Of a DNA stretch of 64,000 nucleotides, positions 43,314 through 55,753 are shown one piece after another (position 1 is the stretch's first letter; the number at the start of each line of letters is the position of its first letter). The translations under genes were made by a program, and so were the position numbers. Origin of the DNA: Squalus acanthias. Taxonomy: Eukaryota. Under the pieces are notes generated by a model. That model was not told the DNA's origin. It ran no database searches and saw only the letters and a program-made list of their open reading frames with translations. Location: the NCBI GenBank assembly GCA_030390025.1, contig CM059452.1:17050001-17114000 (forward strand), in the 5' to 3' direction.

Positions 43314-44112
43314 TGTTAAAGTCCCAACATTTGGGTTAAGAGACGAGGTGGTGGTTCACTTGGACTTGTATTCCTTGATGTTTATTCACAGAGCAACATT
43401 CAAAAATCACAAGTGTTCAGTGCAACTTGGCCACTGAATCGTTATTCCTGAAATAAAGTTGTTTATCTTCAGCCATGGGACAGCGTGCCCTTGCACTAGA
43501 TTTTCTGCTTGCTTCATACTCGAGAAATGATTAGTTGGATTAGGTATCCTAGACCTGGGAGCGCCCATGGAACCTCAGTCCAGACAGAGTTAGTGCGTTC
43601 TGGAGAAGATGGGAACATTCTGCAGCAGTATTGCTTTGGACTGATGAGGTTGTTGACATCAGTGTTCGGGGTGAACGCTGCAAGGGGGGTGGCACTAATT
43701 ATTGTGTCCAATGGGGGTAAATTTAGTGTTAGTTCCAATATGAACATGAAACTGAGGGGATTAACAATACTGAGCATGAACCTGCGGAGTGTGTCAGTGC
43801 TACTGTCACTGGGTTTGTGACAAGGCTGAAGTTAGTTGTATACAGTACAGACATAAGCAAAAGTGAGAGAGGAATTCTATTCTTCTACCTCATCCTTCCT
43901 TAGAAATCCCAACTCCCTATTGTAAGATTTAAAGATCTTGCTCACACTTCCCTCCCGGAAGAGCTTCCCAGTGATTGGTCATTCTTTGTGTACAGAAGTC
44001 TGATCTTACGTCAGTCCTGAACTTGCCTTTTACCAGATTGTACCTGTGTCTCATTGGCCAGCAGTCATGGTTTAACTTGAATAAAGCTCGGCTTTCTTAT
44101 GCCACTTATACA
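43314..44112 (-). mobile_element. Probable 3' LTR (~800 bp) of an LTR retroelement/ERV
   Basis: Minus strand: purine tract AAAGAGGCGAA immediately before TGTATAAG (44112); two CCAAT boxes; AATAAA at 43386-43381; ends TTTAACA at 43314. No second LTR or TSD seen. Confidence 0.55.
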
Positions 44113-44152
44113 TTCGCCTCTTTAAAGGCCAAATAATCCAGCATTTCCTGAT

Positions 44153-44510
44153 CTTTGCTCATAGCCCGGCTCTTTGACAGTGGAGATAGCCTCGGTGACC
44201 CAACTTTGCTCATAGCCCGGGACTCTGACAGTGGAGATAACCTCTGTGACCCTACTTTGCTCAAAGCCTGGCCCTCTGACAGTGGAAATAACCTCGGTGA
44301 CCCAACTTTGCTCATAGCCTGGCCCTCTGACAGTGGAGATAACCTCGGTGACACTACTTTGCTCATAGCCTGGCCTTCTGACAGTGGAAATAACCTCGGT
44401 GTCCCTACTTTGCTCATAGCCCGGCCCTCCGACAGTGGAGATAACCTCGGTGACCCTATTTTGCTCATAGCCCGGCCCTCCGACAGTGGAGATAACCTCG
44501 GTGACACTAC
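44153..44510. repeat. 51-bp tandem repeat (~7 copies) adjoining the putative PPT
   Basis: CTTTGCTCATAGCCYGGCCCTCTGACAGTGGAGATAACCTCGGTGACCCWA; 17-aa period in ORFs 44106..44507, 44122..44640 and 44155..44514. Confidence 0.93.
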
Positions 44511-45019
44511 TTAGCACCGCCCCCAGTGCTTGGACCTTTCTGTAGCGCCACGATGACTCGAACTGAAATCTGTGTCCAAGGCGTGGCCTGATCGGCTCAC
44601 TGTGCAGCATAAATGTGATCGTCTTCGACCCGCGCCTCACTGAGATGGCAATCTTGCTCAGTATTCAGTTACCTTCTTAAAAATGGCTCAGTTCTCTACC
44701 ATATTTCTAGGGACAATTGCTCATCTTTAACACCTGCCTGGGAAGAATCGGCTTGGTTACTGAGAGGAACATCGGGCAGGGAGAATCACCACCAATCTAA
44801 GTAGGAAGAAAATCGGCCCGGCTCCTCCACCAATGTGCGATTCTTTCCTCCTGAATTTCCTCTCTCCGCTGGCGATACTTTAAGCCCAGACCCTGACTAC
44901 ACAATCCTACCTCCCATATCTTTCAGCTTTCTTCCCAGAGAATTACATATCATCAAGTAAACATGTTCTACATTTTATTTTAAATATTACTTAGTTGTCT
45001 TACAATTAATGTGTCGTAA

Positions 45020-45390
45020 AGGTGTAGAAAATCATGAACTATTTAGATAGAGTAAATAAAGATAAGCTGTTTCCAATGGCTGAAGGGTCGATAACCAGAG
45101 GATACAGATTTAAGGTGATTGACAAAAGAACCAGAGGTGAGACGAGGAAAAACCTTTTTACACAACGAGTGGTTCGGATCTGGAATGCACTGCCTGATAG
45201 GCTGGTGGATACAGATTCAATAGTAGCCTTCAAAAGGGAATTGGAGAAATACTTGAAGGAGAAAACATTGCAGGGATATGAGGAAAGAGCAGGGGAGTGG
45301 AAACTAACTGGATTGCTCTTCGAAAGAGCCATCACAGACCCGATGCGCCGAATGGCCTCCTTCTGTGCGGTACTATTCGATGATTCTATA
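45020..45390 (+). mobile_element. CR1 LINE 3' fragment
   Basis: TRGYRFKVI...FTQRVVRIWNALP...FKRELEKYL and a GATTCTAT-like tail. Confidence 0.9.
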
Positions 45391-46339
45391 ACTCTAGTCC
45401 GGCTCAGAGTAAAATATTACTTAGGAACTCCTGTAACCCACGGATTGTGCAATTAGATTTTTTCTCCGTCCTTACAAATTATAGGTTCGGGTTGATAGAT
45501 GCAAGGGAATGTGATATCTTGTACTGACTTGTCAGGACCTTTAGGCAGTAGTGTTGCTCCAGGTATTGAGGGTGTTCAAGACTATCATTCTATAGATTTA
45601 CCAGATGTCTCGATCTTGACTAAACGGCAGGAGACCTTTGGCACCACAGCCGAGTGGGTCACAGTTTATCCTTCAGGGACTGTATTTCTGACCGACTCTC
45701 CTAATCCAGGGACACTCCATCCCCACCACTCTGCTGATTGAGATAGGATGTGAAAGCCTACTTATCTACAGATCAGACACGAAGACTCAACGTCTGATCC
45801 TTACGGTCTCGTTCGGTTTCAAATTGATTGGAATGGATTCGGGATCAGAGTGATGAATCTGCTAATGTACCTGTAGTTTGAGATATTTAGGAGTGGATTG
45901 ATTGAGCTACGAATATATTAACATCTTAAAGCATGGGATAGTGAAGGGCCATTGAGCACATGGGGACTATTCCTTCCGCAGATCAAGCACAATGGATTGA
46001 TGCCAGATCATTAAACTACAAGTCAGTACTATTAATTCTAACTTCGGATAGATCGTAGAATTTAAGGGCACTGAGAGACAACGGCAGATCTCACCTGCTC
46101 TTTTTAAAACGTACCACGATATTTTGGACATGCGTCTGAGCAGGCAGACGGAGTCTCGGTATAACAGCTCTTGCGAAAGCCTAGCGGCCTTCGAGCGCCC
46201 GTTGAAAGGCCTCCCTAAATTAGCTACATCATTAATCCTTGAGCGCAAAACTGCGAGTCGATTAGCGTCCGTTAACTTCTACCCCATTAAGAAACAGCAA
46301 AGGATGCAAGACTCTGGAGGAAGTTGTCTACAGACCTCT

Positions 46340-46550
46340 TGAAGGCGGTGATGTCATAGCGGGATGCATAAATACGGAGATCAGAGAAGCATGTAACAAA
46401 GTTAAACTGCCGATAATGGGAGATTTTAATTTACAGAGACTGAGAGATGCAAAACAGATCAAGTCGTAAAGGCAATGAATTTCTAAAGTGTATCCAGGAC
46501 AATTTTATGAAGCAATGCGGGCAAGGGAAAAGGCCAAACTAGATTTGTTG
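46340..46550 (+). mobile_element. CR1 endonuclease-region remnant
   Basis: EIREACNK...IMGDFN-like coding remnant. Confidence 0.55.
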
Positions 46551-46552
46551 AT

Positions 46553-47510
46553 ATGAACATAGGAACAGGACCAAGCCATTTAGCTCCTCGCGCATCTTCC
46601 GCCATTCAATGAGATCATGGCTGATCTGTGACCTAACTCCATATACCTGACTTTGGCTCACATCCCCTAACACCTTTGGTTAATACAAGTCTCTCAATCT
46701 CAGATTTAAAATTAACAATTGATCGAGCATCAAAAGCCATTTGCGGAAGAGAGTTCCAGACCTCTACCATTCTTTGTGTGTAGAAATGTTTCCGAACGTC
46801 ACTCCTGAAAGGTCTGGCTATAACTTTTAGGTTATGTCCCCTTGTCCTAGACTCCACAACTAGCGGAAATAGTTTGTATCTATCTATTCCACTTAATATC
46901 TTGAAAACATCACTCAAATTTCCCCTTAACCTTCTAAATTCCAGGCAACACAACTCGAGTTTGTATAATCTCTGCTCGTAATTTTACCATTTGGAATCCG
47001 GGTATAATTCTCGTAAACCTACGCTGCACTTCCTCCAGGCCAATATATCCTTCCTAAGGTGTGGTGCCTAGAACTGCTCACAGTGCTCTAGCTATGGTCT
47101 AACCACGGCTTTGTAGCATGACTTCTAACCCCCTGTATTCCATAACTTCACAGAATTCACAGAATCCCCACAATGCAGATAGAAGCCATTTCGGCCCATC
47201 GAGCCTGCACCGACACATATCCCACCCTATCCCTGTAACCCCACGTATTTAATCCCCCTAACGCTAAGGGTCAATTTAGCATAGCCAAATCAACCTAACC
47301 CGCACATCTTTGGACTGTGGGTGGAAACCGGAGCACCCGGAGGAAACCCACGCAGACACGGGGAGAATGTGCAAACTCCACACAGAGAGTCACCCGGGGC
47401 CGGATTCGAACCCGGGTCCCTGGCGCTGTGAGGCAACAGTGTTAACCACGATGCCACCGTGTTGCGTTCTTCTGGATATGAAGGCCAGCATTCCATTAGC
47501 CTTTTTGATT
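46553..47510 (-). mobile_element. CR1 LINE 3' fragment split by an HE1 SINE
   Basis: LEFRRLRGNL, FYTQRMVEVWNSLP; LINE sequence resumes after the SINE (GATATGAAGGCCAGCATTCCATTAGCC). Confidence 0.88.
47141..47462 (-). mobile_element. HE1-type tRNA-derived V-SINE, near full length
   Basis: Minus strand: A-box GGTGGCATCGTGG, B-box GGGTTCGAATCC, V-domain TGTGTGGAGTTTGCACATTCTCCCCGTGTCTGCGTGGGTTTCCTCCGGGTGCTCCGG, CR1-like tail. Confidence 0.9.
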
Positions 47511-47524
47511 CTTTTTAGTAAAGT

Positions 47525-48075
47525 TAACCAAGTGGCCCACTACCCTGCTCTTTCGCCATAGCCCTATATTTTTCCCCTTCAAGTAATTATCCAATTCTCT
47601 TTTGAATGTTACTATTGAATCTGCTTCCACCACCGTTTCAGGCAGTGGATCCCAGATCACGAAAACTCGTTGTGCAAAAGAATGTTTCCTCATGTCACCT
47701 CTGGTTGATTTGCCAATCACCTTGAATCTTTGTTTTGTTGTTAACGACACTTCTGCCATTGGAAATAGTTTATCATTATTTACTCTGTCAAAAGCTTTCA
47801 TGATTGTGAACACCTCTTTCTAAACTCTTCTAACCGTCTCTGCTCTAAGGAGAACAACCCCGGCTTCTCCAATGCCTCAACATAACTGAAATCTCTCATC
47901 CCTGGTGCCATACCAGTAAATCTCTTCTGCACCGTTTCCATGGTCCTGGCATCATTCCTAAAGTGTGGTGCCCGGACATGAACGTCACACTCCAGCTGAG
48001 ACCTAATCAGTGTTTGATAAATTTTCAGCATAATTTCCTTGCTTTGGTACTTTATTTCACTCTTAATAAGGACTC
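47525..48075 (-). mobile_element. CR1 LINE 3' fragment
   Basis: VQKRFTGMAPGMRDFSY, FAQRVFVIWDPLP, FKRELDNYL. Confidence 0.88.
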
Positions 48076-48894
48076 CTCCCTCCAGTCGAAAATCAAACTT
48101 TCACCACTACACTCTGCTTTCTGTTCCAATTTTGTTTCCGTGCTGCACACAGCGTAGGCCGTCGTAACCCAACAGGAAGGCCCCAAAAGTTCCGGGTTTC
48201 TGCATGTACTGCGCTTGCGCGAAAACATGGAACTTGTGATATGCCAAGGTTTGCCTTGACAGATATACCGCACCGCCCCAAAAACCACTTTTGCTGGCAC
48301 AGAGCTGGGCTGTTTGCCTAACGGCTGCAAAGAAAATCCCCACAAAACCCTTACACCTGGTAAAAGCGGGCATCGGGCCTGCTTTCACCAGCGTAATGGT
48401 AAATACAAATCTTAAATTAAAAAGTTTAAAATTAAAAATCATGCACAGACATTTTAAAATTAGTTTATGTAAATTATGGCCTGTAGTAAAATGTTTAAAA
48501 TTCTTTTTCAAAAGCTATATTTTATTCTATATGCTTTATTGAAGGGACTTTAATTAAATTTGAATATAGGAACAATCATATTTATTCCAGTTCCATAAAT
48601 CATTTAATTATCTGGCGATTCCTCATATGCTTATGTTCATTCCGTCCATAAATGGAATCGCCCTAAGCACATTAGGAATCCTCCTTTGTGATTGGAGGAC
48701 CGGGCCCACGTGATCCGAGAGACACTTCAAAACTCCCTGCGTCACTGGGATCTTTGGGTCTTTACGCAGGCGTACGGCTGCAGGCCCAGGACCCGAATTC
48801 TCCGAAGGCTGGTAGCCTGAATGTAAATGGGGATTTTTTTTATCGTGTCGGAGTCGTACTCCTTTGCTACACCTCCGACAGCAATTTCCGGATC

Positions 48895-49225
48895 TGTATC
48901 TTCAGTAACCAAGGAGCTCTAGCTTTGGATGCGCTTCCTTTTCCCCTCATGGGAATGTGTCAACTATCCACCCCAACCATCTCTCCTTTGAGGGCCGCCC
49001 ATTGTTCAATTACTATTTTGCCTTCCAATATTTTGATTCCAATCCACCTGGACCAGATCCCTTTTCAACTCACTGAAGTTAGCCCTCGTCCAGTTAAGCA
49101 TTTATGTGCTTGATTTGTATCTTGATTTGTACGTTGTCCTTTCCTATAACTATTCTAAACCTGATTATATTATGGTCACTGTTCCCCAAATGCTCTCCCA
49201 CTGAAATGTGCTCCACTTGCGTTCT
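48895..49225 (-). mobile_element. Degraded CR1 ORF2 fragment
   Basis: Similarity by eye to the CR1 endonuclease-linker region (ATTATGGTCACTGTTCCCCAAATGCTCTCCCACTGA). Confidence 0.55.
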
Positions 49226-49799
49226 GCCTCAGTTGTACAGACACTTGATGTAAGTATAGGTGCAGCAGGGAAAATAGCCAAACTAAACTTCAAAAACATA
49301 TATCTACATAATATTACTCATTCCGAAATGGCTAGACATAGTCAGGCCGGGAGTATTGGAGACAGTACCCCATTAACCGTTCTTGAGAAGCGATAAGAAA
49401 TAGGGTAAGTATATATTAAATCAGTCAATAATACGGAGGGGAACGGTATGAATAGGCTTATGTTGTGGATGTACGGGGAAGGGATAAGTCTTCAAATGCT
49501 GACTCATGTGTGGAATGTCCGAGTGTAATAAACAACCTAAGATATCAGAGGCATTGACAGAAAATGGTAGCAGTTAACCTTACCACTAAACGAGCTTTCG
49601 TATGAACGACATAGACACAGAACGTGGTGCTCTGTGGTACACACATTTGTCCTACGTAACTAAAGATATAATAGGTATAACACACCGGAGCTTATGGGGA
49701 ACTTGAATCCTGAAGATGTCCTTGGTATGTGAGATGTGTTGCCTATATCTCAAATGCACTGCATTCAAGGGGTTGTATCTTACTGATTGATGCATTAAA

Positions 49800-50170
49800 A
49801 AAAATTAAACAGACGTTTCAGTGCTTCTTAGTCCTCGAAGTTGTTTCCACTTGTGGCGGATGGCAAAGCTAGGATCCGTAAATATAAGATATCCAATAAT
49901 CAATCCAAGATGAATTCAGGAGAAATGTCTTTACTGAGCGAGTGGTGGGAATGTGGAACTAGCTACCAATGGCGTGGCTGAGGTGAATAGAATAGATACA
50001 ATTAAGGGGAAGCTAGAGTAAATGTGAGTCAGAGGAATAGAAGGATATGTTGATAGGGTGAGATGATGTAACGTGGGAGGAGGCTCGTGTGGAGCATAAA
50101 TACTGGTAAAGCGCTATTGCGCCGAATGGCCTGTTTCCGTGCTGTACATTTATCTGTAATTCTGTGTAAT
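49800..50170 (+). mobile_element. CR1 LINE 3' fragment
   Basis: GAATTCAGGAGAAATGTCTTTACTGAGCGAGTGG...GCCGAATGGCCTGTTTCCGTGCTGTA tail. Confidence 0.8.
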
Positions 50171-51440
50171 AAAGGTCAACATTCCATTAGCCTTCTTGAT
50201 TGATTTTTGTATCTGATTACTAGCTTTTGTGCACGTGGACTCTCAAATAACTTTGTTCTGCTACAGTTCCTCCTTTCTCAGCATTTAGAAAATACTGCAA
50301 TTTATTTTTCATGGGTAGAATGTGGATGATCTCACACTTGCCCACAGTGATCGCCATTGGCTATAGTTAATCTGTCTCTGTCCCTCTGAAACTTTCTGCC
50401 CCCATTTTCACTACTTACTCTCCCTCATAATTAGTGCCATCTGCAGACTTGGATATACAGCTGTCTACTCCTTCAGCCAAGACATTAATAAATATGGTGA
50501 GATGTTGAGTGGCCAGAACATAGGCCTGGGGAACGCCACTTGTCCGATCCTGTCAATTTGCGTACATACCCTTTACCCCACTGTCTCTGTCCTACTTTTT
50601 GCTGCTATTTTTTTGTGTGGAACCTTATAGAATGCTTTCAGGAATTCATTTGGATGACATCCATAGACACGCCATTGCTTTTCTTATTAGTGACCTCCTC
50701 AAACATTCAACTCGATTATTCAGACCTGACTTACCCTTAGAAAGACCAGGCTGGATCTCTCTGATCAGCTGATATCCGTTGGCGTGCTCACTCACACTAT
50801 CCTCCAATGACAGACTCTAGCAGTTTCACCAGAACTGACAGGTATGAGGTTACTTGGTTTCTCTGTCCCTCCCTTCTTAAATAATGGAGTGATATTAGCA
50901 ATTTTCCAACCTAACTGCACAATCCCTCAATCAAGAGAGCATTGAAAGAATCTGACTGACACGTCTGCAAATTCATCACCTATTCCTTTTAATAGGCTGA
51001 GGTGGAAACCATCAGGCCTTGGAGATTTATTTATCCTAAGTCTCATTATTTTCTCCATTACCGATTGTTTTTGCTAATATTGAATACAATAATTTGCTCT
51101 CCTTTATTTATTTTAGTTTCCATTCCATTACCTGGTAATTTATACTCTTCCTCTACTGTGAAAACGGATCCAAATCACTCTTCTAATAAATCTGCCATGA
51201 ACTCGTCATCTATTACAGTATTAGCTATATTGGTCTTTAATGGGCCTACAGCTCGCTTAGCCACTGTCTTACTGTTAATACACTCATAATTTTTTTCACT
51301 GTAAGTCTTTCTATGACTTGGAAGTTTATTGTTTTCTCTTTTTACAGCACTTAATATTGTCTTTGTGTCTCTTTGTTGTTTTCTCTCAGTCTCCCAGTTC
51401 TCTGAATTCCCACTTTACTTGGCATTTGTGTAAGGTTATG
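50171..51440 (-). mobile_element. Old degraded CR1 LINE RT region
   Basis: Remnants of KANGML, FADDT-like (CCATCTGCAGACTTGG) and GVPQG-like (CCTGGGGAACGCCAC) motifs. Confidence 0.75.
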
Positions 51441-51689
51441 ATCCTACAATGTATTAGAAGTGAAACGTGATTGATTATTTGCAAAGATCGGCTCAGTGAA
51501 GCCAATAAGAAAATATTGAGAGGAAAAAGAGCAAGTGAACCACCTCGGAAATGGAATGGACTTTGAGATAATCGATTTTCAAAGTCAGGAGGATGACCCA
51601 GGCCTGACGCTGCTGAAGACAGTGTCAAGAACACAGGCTTTAGGAGGAAGGGGAAATACCATTGCTGAAGTCTGCGCTGAGTTTAAAAA

Positions 51690-52000
51690 AGAAAGAAGGA
51701 AACACTTGCATTTCGGCAGCGTCTTTCACGACCTCAGGACATCCCAAAGCGCTTTACAGCCAATGAAGTAATTTGGAAATGTAGTCACTGTTGTAATGTT
51801 AGAAACGGGCAGGCAATGTGTGTACAGCAAGCTCCCAAATGCAGCAATGTGACAATGACCAGATAATCTGTTTCAATGATGTTTATTGAGGGATAAATAT
51901 TGGCCAGGAGAATTCTCCTCTTCGAAGTAGGGCCATGGGATGGTTACATCTAGCCGAGAGAGGAGACGTCTCATCCGAAAACCCCATCAGACAGTGCAGG
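51690..52000 (-). mobile_element. Deu-domain SINE
   Basis: Reverse complement of the Deu core/tail (CCCAAAGCGCTTTACAGCCAATGAAGTA, GACCAGATAATCTG, GTCTCATCCGAAA). Confidence 0.85.
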
Positions 52001-53514
52001 AGGCAACGCCTGATGTAACCTCCAGGTTAAAAAACACAGATTGTTTGTGAGCAACATGGCTCACAGAATATAAATGCATTTTTGCTCATCAGAGCCTCAT
52101 TTTATGCGACACTCGACGCCACAAGCATCAACACAAAGCATTATCGAGGGTAATTAATCCGGCTTGACAATTTGATCCACCTCGCGGACACAATTATCAC
52201 CAACTCCCCCTCCCGCATTTGAGTTCATTTTAATAACTTGCCTAATATTTACCTTTTTCAAGATTCATTTGAAGTCCCGCACAGTTAAGGTTTTCAGTTG
52301 TACAATCGCATGCGCAGGGGTGTGAAGTGGTTGGGGTTTGTACTAGTAGCGAAGGTGCCAGTGCAGTGATGGGGTGTCGTGTGCAGAGTGCTCAATGGAT
52401 GGGAATGTGTTTGCAGCGGGTGAGATTGCCAATGCAGTAAATGAGTGCTGTAAAACCAGCTCCAATCGGTAGCGCCAGCTACAGTATAACTGCAGTCCAA
52501 TGAAGAGGGACAGTTTAAAATGCCAAGGTTGTACATGGAACTCCTACCCGCTTTAGTCTAACATTACAAAGTATCTGCCCGGGGAATGGAGCTCACGCAT
52601 TGTCCCTCTGACCCTGAACTTTGAGCAATGTGCAGGTGACTGTGTCTCTCACTCAGACATCTGTACATCACCCTGTACATGATGATCCGACACTGCTACC
52701 TGTCCTATAATTGTACTCACTGACTCATCTCCTAGTTTTACTTCTTGAAAGTTATTTGAGAACCTCAGTCTATATGTAGCACGGGGCACACCCAATCTCC
52801 GATGTTGCGGCGTCCGCCTACACAACAGATGGTTAATAATTGAGACTAGAACTCAAGATAGGAGCGGAGAAAACCCGCTCCTATAACATTCCTCTTTCGT
52901 TCCTTAGCTGGGGTTAAACCATGCAATATATGTGTTAAAACAGCGAACAGAGGAAAAGCTTCCCAACGCTGGAAATGCTGATTCGCCACCGTCATCAACA
53001 CTGATCTCCAGGCCGTGATGTCCGTTGCAATGGATGTTCATCAGACATCCGGCTGAGTTAATATCAGTAATAATCAGATCGGAAATAACTTCATGATGTG
53101 AACTCTAACCGTGGTCCATTAACACTTACATGTTGCCAGGTTAGATGGCCAAAGTTATGAATGACAACTCCCACCAGTTGACACCTCTTTTGATTATATG
53201 GTCAAAACATTTCCAGCCAGTAATTTACCGACCATGGACATTAATGGGCGGAAAAACACGCGAGCGGGGTGCAATTTCACGGTTTGCGCTCCAGGAGCAC
53301 GAGCACAGGGCAGCAGCGGAAACGCACCATTTGACTCTCGCGGAGAGACCAGTATCGGTAGAGTAATTCCACCATGTAGGCCCCGTCTGTGCCGGACGAC
53401 TCGGCTGCGGTGAATGGTTCAGAGAGAACAAGTCTCTGCTCTCAAGGGAAATTTACACAGTTGCCTTCCAATGGGAATATGGTTTGTTGTTTTTCAGGAT
53501 GTGTTGCATGTTGG

Positions 53515-55470
53515 AATCATACAATCGTAGAAATTTACAGCACAGAAGGAGGCCAGCGTGTCTGTGCCGGCCGAAAAAGAGCTTTCCAGCCTCATGCCAC
53601 TTTCCAGCTCTTGGTCCGTAGCCTTGCAGGTTTCGGTAATTCAAGTGCACATCCAAGTACTTTTACAATGTGATGAGGGTCTCTGCCTCTATCTTCCTTT
53701 CAGGTAGTGAGTTCCAGACCTCCACCACCCTCTGGGTGAAATAAAGTTCTCCTCAAATCCCTCTAAACCTCCTACTAATTACTTTAAATCTATGCCCCCT
53801 GGTCATTGATCTCTCTGCTAAGGTAAATAGATCCTTCCTATCCACTCTATCTAGGCCCCTCATAATTTTATACACCTCAACAACGTCGCCCCTCAGCCTT
53901 CTCTGTTTCAAAGCAAACAACGCCAGCCTATCCAATCTTTGCTCATATTCTCCAGTCCTGGCAACATACTCGTAAATATCCGCTGTACCCTCTCTACTGT
54001 AATTACTTCTATCTGTAATGTGGTGACCAGAACAGTAGGAGGTACCTTAGCTGTGGCTTAACCAATGTTTTATTTAGTTCAAACATAACCCTCCCTGCTC
54101 TTATATTATATGCCTCGGCTAATAAAGGAAACTATCCCGTAAGCCTTATTAACCACCTTATCTACCTGTCCTGCTACCTTCAGGGATCTGTGGCCATGCA
54201 CTCCAAGGATCCTCTTTTCCTCTACATTAGTTGTGTATTCCCTTGCCCTGTTAGCCCCCCCCCCCCCCCCACAAATGTATTACCTCACACTTCTCCGGAT
54301 TGATTTCTATTTACCACTTTTCTGCCCACTTGACCAATCTGTTGATATCTTCCTGCAGTCTACAGCTTTCTTCATCACTGTCAACGACACGGCCAATTTA
54401 TTTATCATCTGCAAACTTCTTAATCATGCCCCTACATTGAAGACTAACTCCTTGATATATACCACAAAAAAACAAGGGACCCATAACTGTGCCATCAGGT
54501 ACCCCACTGGAAATAAAATTCCAGTCACAAAAACACCCGTCGACCATTACCCTTTGTTTCCTGTCTCTGAGCCAATTTTGGATCCAACTTGCCACTTTCC
54601 CTTGGATCCCATGGGCTTTTACTTTTCTGACCAGACTGCCGTGTGGGATATTGTGAAAAGCCTTGCTAAAATCCATGTAAACTACATCAAACGCACTACC
54701 ATCATCAACCCTCCTTGTTACCTTCTCAAAAAATTCATACACGGTAGTCAGACTTGAACTTCTATACACACATCCATGCTGACTGTCCTTGATTAATCCG
54801 TGGTTTTCTAAGTAAAGATTAACACGATCCCTCAGGATTTTTCCAGTAATATTCCCACCACCGAGATTAGCAGACTGGAATGTAATTGCTCGCTCTTTCT
54901 TTTTCTCCGTTTCTAAACAATGATACAACTTTAGCTGTCCTCCAGTCCTCTGGCATCACACCTGTAGACAGAGTGGATTTGAAAATTATGATCAGAGTCT
55001 ACGCTTATTTCCTCCCTTGCCTCTCTTAACAGCCTGGGACACACTTCAACCGGGCCTGGCGATTTATCTACTTTCAAATATGCTCAACCCATTAATACTT
55101 CCTCTCTCACAATGTTTATCTCATCTATTATTTCAAACATCCTCCTCCGTAACTAAAATGCCTGCATCGTCCGACTCTTTTTTGAAAGCAGACGGAAAGT
55201 AATGATTAAAAACCATAACAACGTCTTCTTCCTCCACAAACAATGTACCTTTATGGTCTTTAATAAGCCCCCCTGTTTCCTTAGTTACTCTCTTGCTCTT
55301 TAAGTATTTATAAAACACCTTTGGGTTTTCATTGATGTTACTTGCCAATATTTGTTCATGCCCTCTCCTTACGTTCCTAATTTCACCCCTGCACTTTCTA
55401 TACTCTTCTAGGCTTTCTGCAGTATTTAGCTCTCTGTATCTAACATAAGCTTCCCTTTTTGCCTCAGCTT
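53515..55470 (-). mobile_element. CR1 LINE, ~2 kb ORF2 remnant
   Basis: NINENPKVFYKY, DVVYMDFSKAF, WIQNWLRDRKQRV, KFADDK, RLRGDVVEVYKIMRG. Confidence 0.93.
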
Positions 55471-55571
55471 GCCTTATTTTGTTACAGTCAGAGCTATTAA
55501 AGCTGGGTCCTTGTGTTCTAAATTGAGAGGTCGCACAACACCAGGTTATAGTCCAACAGTTTTATTTGAAA

Positions 55572-55614
55572 TCACAAGCTTTCGGAGCTATCGATTGCTC
55601 CTTCCTCAGGTGAA
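55572..55614 (-). ncRNA. Minimal type I hammerhead ribozyme motif (intact core)
   Basis: UUCAC-CUGAGGA-A-GGAGC[AAUCGAUA]GCUCC-GAAA-GCUU-GUGA: CUGANGA and GAAA cores, stem I UCAC/GUGA, stem II, palindromic AAGCUU in place of stem III as in PLE hammerheads. Confidence 0.75.
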
Positions 55615-55710
55615 AAGCCTTGCTAAAATCCATGTAAACTACATCAAATGCACTACCATCATCAACCCTCCTTGTTACCTTCTCGAAAAATTCATACACG
55701 GTAGTCAGAC

Positions 55711-55753
55711 TTCACCAGAGGAAGGAGCAATCGATAGCTCCGAAAGCTTGTGA
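55711..55753 (+). ncRNA. Hammerhead motif, second arm, core mutated (CUGA>CAGA)
   Basis: TTCAC-CAGAGGA-A-GGAGCAATCGATAGCTCC-GAAAGCTT-GTGA. Confidence 0.6.

Noticed and set aside
54255-54270. C16 run (poly-Pro in ORF 54233..54757)
   Set aside because: Homopolymer expansion inside the antisense strand of a CR1
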